This document shows, piece after piece, positions 55,961 through 64,000 of a stretch of 64,000 nt of DNA. The DNA comes from Octopus vulgaris (taxonomy: Eukaryota): NCBI GenBank assembly GCA_951406725.2, contig OX597827.1:22382001-22446000 (forward strand), given 5' to 3'. Below the pieces are notes generated by a model, which saw only the letters and a program-made list of their open reading frames with translations, was not told the DNA's origin and searched no databases. Numbering within the stretch: the stretch's first letter is position 1; each line of letters begins with the position of its first letter. A program made the position numbers and the translations under genes.

Positions 55961-55962
<2 letters not shown>
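55412..55962 (+). mobile_element. Non-autonomous bipartite RTE derivative (5' UTR-like part fused to the last ~48 nt)
   Basis: CTTCTAGGAGAAGTTAACTC motif typical of RTE 5' UTRs; 3' TTAAGCTTCGTGCAATGGCCATACTCGATAACGAGGGGGCA identical to 26031-26071; flanked by (TA)n. Confidence 0.6.
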
Positions 55963-56011
<49 letters not shown>

Positions 56012-56012
56012 T

Positions 56013-56043
<31 letters not shown>

Positions 56044-56048
56044 CACAC

Positions 56049-56105
<57 letters not shown>

Positions 56106-56949
56106 CAAATATATATATAATATCTCTCTCCCTCTCTCTGTGCGTATATTTATATGGAATGTTGCTCTCTGAAGAGGCCTCAGTATTGAGCGGAGTCATT
56201 CCTGTATGTTTAGTAGTACCATTATTCTTTGTAGTGTCGTCTTTCTCAGGCACGCCACCCTCCGTCGTCCAGCCAGCTACACTGACCAGATGTGTCAACG
56301 CTACAAAAGTATCAGAAACAATCAAGGAACTTAAAACTACTGAAAAATTTGATCGTCGGATAATAAAATTACTCTGCAGAACCATTCTGGCAGGTTCCAT
56401 ACACTCTTCTGTCGGCCCACAAACAAACTGCAGTTAGAATAGTGCAAGACCAGCGTGTTTGCAGTCCAAAGTCAGAGTCGATGCTTGACCTCGGATTTCA
56501 TATGGTTGTGGCGATCCATCATCCCATGCACTGGGTCGAAATTTGCGTAGACGGTGCAAACCCAGGTCCAAATTTTTATTATAAACAAGGTCTTGTCTTA
56601 ATTATTTGTTTATTGTTGTTCTTTGAGAAGAAACCTAACTTTAATCTACATTTTACGCATTATTTTCTAAACCTGAGAAAAGTAAGTAGTGGTGAAAATT
56701 TCGATTCTGCATCCCCACCAAAATTTTAAGAGGTGCACTTGTACCCCTGCTCCCGGGCTCATGATTTCTTATGTATATTAAGATGGCAACAATGGGCAAA
56801 CGACCGACTGGCTGGATTCTAATATCACTCGCAATTTGAGACAAAGAAACCACGTAGCTCTTACGGAGACCATTCGTTCTCAATCGTTTGGATTATTGCT
56901 TTCAATTATGATCATCACAAAGTGTCATATTAATGACAGAACCCGAGGA

Positions 56950-57460
56950 AGCCTCGACGCAATACATGGACTACTTGGAGACGCTAAAAGAGCTGAGGTT
57001 GTTCTCCCTGGAGCGAAGACACAAAAGATATGAAGAGATTTACGAATGGAAAATCCTGGACGGTTTAGTAACAAAACTGGTGATTGAAAACTATATCCGT
57101 CACATGACAGGACGCCATTACGTAGTACCAAAAATCCTATCCTCTTAGTCCAGACTAAGAACTCAATACCGTTGCAACTTACGATTCAAAGGTCCGTAGT
57201 TTTTAATTTCTTGCATGAAAGACTTCAGAGATTTACGAGGCGTAGATCTGGATGTCTTTATAGAATAATTGAACAAAAATATATCCAACCAGTTGATCCT
57301 GTCTCACAGCTAGAAGGACTGCTCTTTCAGTTCATCAATCCACCCTGCCTGAATCCGGAGACAGGACAGGGACATGAATCTAAAACAGAACAACAATTAG
57401 TGCCAATAATGGTGCCACAGCATGGCCGCAACATCTGGCTGAGACTGATCATAGAATAAA
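56950..57460 (+). pseudogene. Highly decayed CR1/L2-group LINE 3' end
   Basis: MDYLETLKELRLFSLERRHKRYEEIYEWKILDGLV..TGRHYVVPKI. Confidence 0.75.
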
Positions 57461-57644
57461 CATATCTTTATCTATCTATCTATATATATAATACACATAC
57501 ATACATATATATATTTATATATTGGTATATACAAGCATAGACGTACAATATATATATATTGTACATGTGCACACCTGTATATACCCTTTCAAAATGTAAC
57601 CGCGTGTGTATCGTTGGCGATTTTCTACCTTTGGACTTTCCTCT

Positions 57645-57679
57645 ATTTCTGAAGAAGAGCAAGGCTTGAAACATTAAAT
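57645..57679 (+). ncRNA. Diverged family-L hammerhead
   Basis: ATTT-CTGAAGA-A-GAGC AAG GCTT-GAAA-CA-TT-AAAT. Confidence 0.55.
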
Positions 57680-57750
57680 CCTGACCGTCTGATAATACAG
57701 AACTTGTACCACGTCCTCGCGTTATTTTCCTTGCTTGTTCTTCTTTGTTT

Positions 57751-57799
<49 letters not shown>

Positions 57800-57803
<4 letters not shown>

Positions 57804-58252
57804 CGCAGGAGTGGCTGTGTCGTAAGTAGCCTTCTAATCACATGATTGCAAGTTGAGTCCCATTACATGGCACCTTGAGCAGGTGTCTTCTACTATAGCC
57901 TCGAGCCAACCAAAGTCTTGTGAGTGGATTTGGTAGACAGAAACGCAATAGGACAGAACACAGAACCATGTGGTTGGTAAGCAAGCTACTTACCACACAG
58001 CCACTCCTGCGCCTATGTATATATGTGTGTGTGTGTGTGTGTGTTTGTGTGTGTGTAAGTTTGTCTTTCTGTGCTTGTCACCTCACCATCGCTTGAGAAC
58101 CGATGTCGGTGTGTTTACGTTCCCGTAACTTAGCGGTTCGGCAAAAGATACCGATAGAATAAGTACGAGGTTTGCAAAGAATAAGTCGATTTGTTCGACT
58201 AAAGGTGGTGCTCCAGCATCGCCGTAGTCAAATTACTAAAACAAGACAAAGA

Positions 58253-58253
<1 letters not shown>
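57800..58253 (+). mobile_element. SINE family A containing an inverted second head (57962-58014)
   Basis: Head TAGGCGCAGGAGTGGCTGTG and its reverse complement CACAGCCACTCCTGCGCCTA ~200 bp apart. Confidence 0.85.
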
Positions 58254-58303
<50 letters not shown>

Positions 58304-58323
58304 TACATACATACATACATACA

Positions 58324-58354
<31 letters not shown>

Positions 58355-58559
58355 GTTTGTATGTATGAATGTATGTATATGGCTTAGTTTCGCGGGCGTG
58401 TTATCGGATAACAGGATAAACACCAGTGTGATCAGACATCAGGATAAACAAATAGATGTATTTATAGAAGTATATACATGTATAAATACAGATATACGTA
58501 AATATTTATATACATATCTGACATTTATAGATATATATGTATTTACATTTACACACACA

Positions 58560-58590
<31 letters not shown>

Positions 58591-58830
58591 GCGCGCGCGC
58601 GCGTATTCAATATGTGCAATCGTTAATCCAGACAATTTTCTCTCCTTTTTTCCACTCCCCACCTGTTTTTTCCTCTCGTTCCTTTCTGTAAAAAAAGCGT
58701 AGGATCGAAACGTCGAAGACTCTTCTTCAATGTCAAACTAACAATACACCTCTTGTTCCTCCACCTTTCTCTGTCTTTCGTTTTAAGGATTTGGGGGCTA
58801 TTTTTTCACAATCTCGAACCATATACATAT

Positions 58831-58888
<58 letters not shown>

Positions 58889-59072
58889 CGTGGTTGTATG
58901 GTAAGAAGCTTGCTTCCCATCTACATGGTTCTGGGTTCAATCCCACTGCTTGTCACTTTGGGTAAGTGTCTTCTTCTATAGCCGCGGGTCGACCGAAGCC
59001 TTGTGAGTGGATTTGGTAGAGAGAAACTAACAAAAGCCCGTCGTATACACACACACACACACACACACACAC

Positions 59073-59107
<35 letters not shown>

Positions 59108-59397
59108 ATTTCTGTGTTTGCTGTGTGTCTGTGTTTGTCCCCACTTGACAATCTACGGTGGTGTTGTAACTTAGCGGTTCAGCAAGATTTACCGATATAA
59201 TAGAGTACTAGGCTTATAAAGAATAAGTGTGGGCGTCGATTTCTCCGACCAAAATCCTTGAAGGCGGTGCACCGGCATGGCCGCAGTCAAATGCCTGAGA
59301 CAAGTGAAAGAAAGAAAGAATATATATATATATATATACACGCACATACACATATATATACACACACGCATACATATATATATACACACACATAAAC

Positions 59398-59476
<79 letters not shown>

Positions 59477-59725
59477 CACACACACACACATATATATATA
59501 CATACACATATATATATATATCGGATTCTACCTTCGCGGATTTCACTGGACGTTTTCGTTGATGTACATAGGTCCGATCTACCACGACTTTTGAACTTTT
59601 TGAACTCTCTTTCGAAGATCGTAGGCTCGAAACCTAAAAGAATTCTTCACTTTTCCGTCAAATTTTTACACTTGCTTGTTGTTCATATACTTGTCTTCCT
59701 CTTTTGTTTTACTATAAATTTCAAC

Positions 59726-59778
<53 letters not shown>

Positions 59779-59918
59779 TTATATATATACATACATAAAT
59801 ACATATATATATATATATATGTATACATACATACATATATACATGTATACATATATAATTATATATATATGTATACATATACACATATACATAAATGTAT
59901 ACATATATATATATATGT

Positions 59919-59955
<37 letters not shown>

Positions 59956-60216
59956 CATATATACATATGTATATATATAAACATATATATATGTATAAAT
60001 GTATACATGTATACATACATGTATATATGTATACATGTATACATATATACGTGTATATATATATATGCATATATACATATATATATATATGAATATGTAT
60101 ATGTGTATACATATAAACATATACATATATATACATATATAAATATATATATATATACGTATACATATATATATATATACGTATACATATATACATATAT
60201 ATGTATACATATATAC

Positions 60217-60247
<31 letters not shown>

Positions 60248-60286
60248 TATGTATATATATATATAAATATATATATACACATTTAT

Positions 60287-60319
<33 letters not shown>

Positions 60320-60435
60320 TATATATACATATGTCTTTATATACATATACACACATATATAAACATATACATATGTATTTATATACATATACTCACTCAT
60401 ATATATATATGTATATATATAGATATACATATATA

Positions 60436-60484
<49 letters not shown>

Positions 60485-60621
60485 ATACATATGTATATCA
60501 CCGTGATCACCGTGACCGACCAGGCTATCAGATGTTGTTACACATCGCTGGTCACAATGCGCTTCGCATTGTTTTAGCCTTGAAATGACGCCACCCCGCT
60601 GGCTAAGCGAGCAGGCCACAC

Positions 60622-60800
<179 letters not shown>

Positions 60801-60818
60801 TATATATATATACATACG

Positions 60819-60850
<32 letters not shown>

Positions 60851-61020
60851 TATATATATATAAATATGCATATGTATATATATATATACATATGCATATA
60901 TATAAATATGCATATGTATATATATATATATATATATACACATGCATATATATATATATATATACATATGCATATATATATACATACACATATGTATATA
61001 TATATACATACACATATGTA

Positions 61021-61052
<32 letters not shown>

Positions 61053-61185
61053 CATATGCATATATATATACATACATATACATATATATATACATATACA
61101 TATATATATATATATATATACGTATATATATATATACATACACATATGCATATATATATACACATATACATATATATACATATGT

Positions 61186-61227
<42 letters not shown>

Positions 61228-61374
61228 GTAATATGAGGGAATCTAATTCCAAACTTACAGGGAAAAATTCTATTCAGAAATACTAAATCAAATTTCACAA
61301 AATATAATATATATATATATATATATTGGTACACCGGCGATTATAATTAATTTTATTGTATCGCATTTATCTTT

Positions 61375-61505
<131 letters not shown>

Positions 61506-61574
61506 TGTTGATGCATATGCATACATACTATGTACATCTACACATATACACACACGTGCACACACAAACATATT

Positions 61575-62165
61575 TACGAGGTGTGTTCAAAAAGTATTCA
61601 TTTTTTCTGTCGAATCTAATTTTGCGGCGGCAAAATCCCTTTGATGAAAAGTGACGAAACCCTTCCTGCGCATTGTGAAAAACTTTCGCACCGACAGGCC
61701 GCTGTTTTTTCCGTCTGTTGCACCTAGAGTAGAGGCGTGTAGTGTGCGCCGTTCGGATTTTCAATTTCATCGAACGCATCGAGCAGAGACACTGCATCAA
61801 GTTTTGCAAAAGGTTGGTGATACTCAAACTCAAAGAATCCAGAAGATTCAGCAAGCGTTCTGCTATGATGCCATGGTTAAAACTCAGATCAAGGAGTAGT
61901 ACAACCGCTTTTAACATGGCCTCCTCTGAGTGGAGAGCGAGGCACTCTCAGACAAGCCATCCCTAAGCCGAAACGAGGAACTGATTGAGAAGGTTTGGCG
62001 AATAATCATGAAGGACCATCATATAACAATGCAGTAAATTGCTGACGAAGGGTGAATAAATAGATGATCAGTGCGTTCCATTTTAATGGAGGATTTGTGC
62101 ATGCGGAGTGTGTTGGCGAATTTCATCCCCAAGGTGTTGGCGGAGAAGTAGAAGCTACTCTGCAT
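61575..62165 (+). mobile_element. Mariner transposon 5' fragment (TIR + HTH region)
   Basis: TA-CGAGGTGTGTTCAAAAAGTATT TIR; ERIEQRHCIKFCK..KIQQAFCYDAMVKTQIKE*YNRF; truncated by a family-L repeat. Confidence 0.8.
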
Positions 62166-62208
62166 GGAAATCATTATTGGACGCTCAGGAAAGAAGGAAA
62201 GAAGGATG

Positions 62209-62243
62209 GTTTAACGTTTCGAGCGGAGCTCTTCGTCAGAAAC
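62209..62243 (-). ncRNA. Minimal hammerhead, family L, canonical CTGACGA
   Basis: GTTT-CTGACGA-A-GAGC TCC GCTC-GAAA-CG-TT-AAAC; palindromic AACGTT stem III. Confidence 0.7.
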
Positions 62244-62402
62244 ATAGGAAAAGGAAAGGTCCCAAAAAGGGAAGACGGAGGGAAAAAAATCGCCAAAGGT
62301 ACACACGCGGTCACATTTTGAATGACCAGAAGGGAATGGGTGAAGAAAAAGTTCTTTCAAAGACAGGAGAGTGCAAGAGGAGGTATGTATGTGTAAGTGT
62401 GG

Positions 62403-62458
<56 letters not shown>

Positions 62459-62875
62459 TCAGGTGTGATCTGCGGAAGAGAAGTGACGAGATATCAGACC
62501 TGCTTGCAACGTAATGTCGTGAAGATAGTCCGACATTTGGTCGTCTAAACAGTTTCTGGGGTGGCTGATATAGAAGGTGGCACAAGTGTTTGAACTTAAG
62601 TGTAACATAGAGGAGGATAATGCACCAAATTATTTGGTCAGATGTTCTGCTGATTCTTGTAATAAAGAATATTTTAAGTTGTGTGTGTATGTATATATAT
62701 ATATATATTTGTAGGCACAGGCCTGACGGTGTTGTAAGAAGCCTGCTTCGCAACTACATGGTTCCGGGTTCAGTCCCATTGCGTGGCATCTTGGACAAGT
62801 GTCTTCTGCTATAACCTCAGGTCAACCAAAGCCTTTTGAGTGAATTTGATAGTCGGAAATTAAAAGAAATCCGTC

Positions 62876-62916
<41 letters not shown>

Positions 62917-63119
62917 TGTGTCTGTGTTTGTGTGTTTGTTTGCCCCCCACCCCATCGCTTGACAACCGATGTTTAACTCACTTTAATTTAGTGTTTCGGC
63001 AAAAAGAAAACGACAGAATAAGTACTAGGATTACAAAGAACAAGTCCTGGGGTCGATTTGTTCAACTAGTCGATTAGCCGCAGTCAAATGACTGAACCAA
63101 GTATATATATGTATATATA

Positions 63120-63167
<48 letters not shown>

Positions 63168-63390
63168 TTAATGTGTCTATGTATATATAATATATATATA
63201 TACGCACACACATACATTCGTGTATATCATACATATTGTATACACATTATACACATAGATGTGCACGTGTGCTTGCATAAAAAATATAAAAACTTAAAAT
63301 TAATGTACGACAAATATTATGTTTTTAATTATATTCAAAGCCTGGCTTAATTAACAATATGCACGTATGCACGCATATGTATGGGGTGTG

Positions 63391-63848
<458 letters not shown>

Positions 63849-64000
63849 TATATATTCATGCATGTATATTTACATATAATGCAATATATTGTAATATACA
63901 TGGGAATGTGTGTATATACTCATACAGTTATAGATAAAAGTACACGTATGTAGACATAAGCAAGCACTTACACATAAATGTGACAGAATGTGCATGTATG

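Overview
AT-rich eukaryotic DNA dominated by microsatellites ((TA)n, (CA)n, (TACA)n, (TAA)n) and decayed transposable elements. The repeat repertoire looks like Octopus (coleoid cephalopod); this is recognised from the repeats and was not verified by search. I find no intact host protein-coding gene, and nearly all ORF-track entries are microsatellite translations. Recognisable elements: several tRNA-type SINE families; R4/Dong-like REL-endonuclease LINE fragments nested in (TAA)n together with a ~545-bp non-coding partner element; Hero-like, Tx1/L1-like, CR1/L2-like and RTE-like LINE remnants; two Tc1/mariner remnants; and a Helentron-type non-autonomous element. The most striking unexplained signal is a high density of type I hammerhead ribozyme (HHR) folds from many unrelated sequence families, about 18 reasonably foldable copies. 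They mostly have palindromic stem III, often a GUA cleavage site, and several have non-canonical cores. They often sit inside long fold-back palindromes embedded in (TA)n, e.g. 43985-44316 (one HHR on each strand), 41729-41857, 46937-47224 and 811-1110. One lies downstream of a Penelope-like endonuclease C-terminal remnant, linking the system to Penelope-like element pseudo-LTRs. All folds were traced by eye; none was computed or tested.
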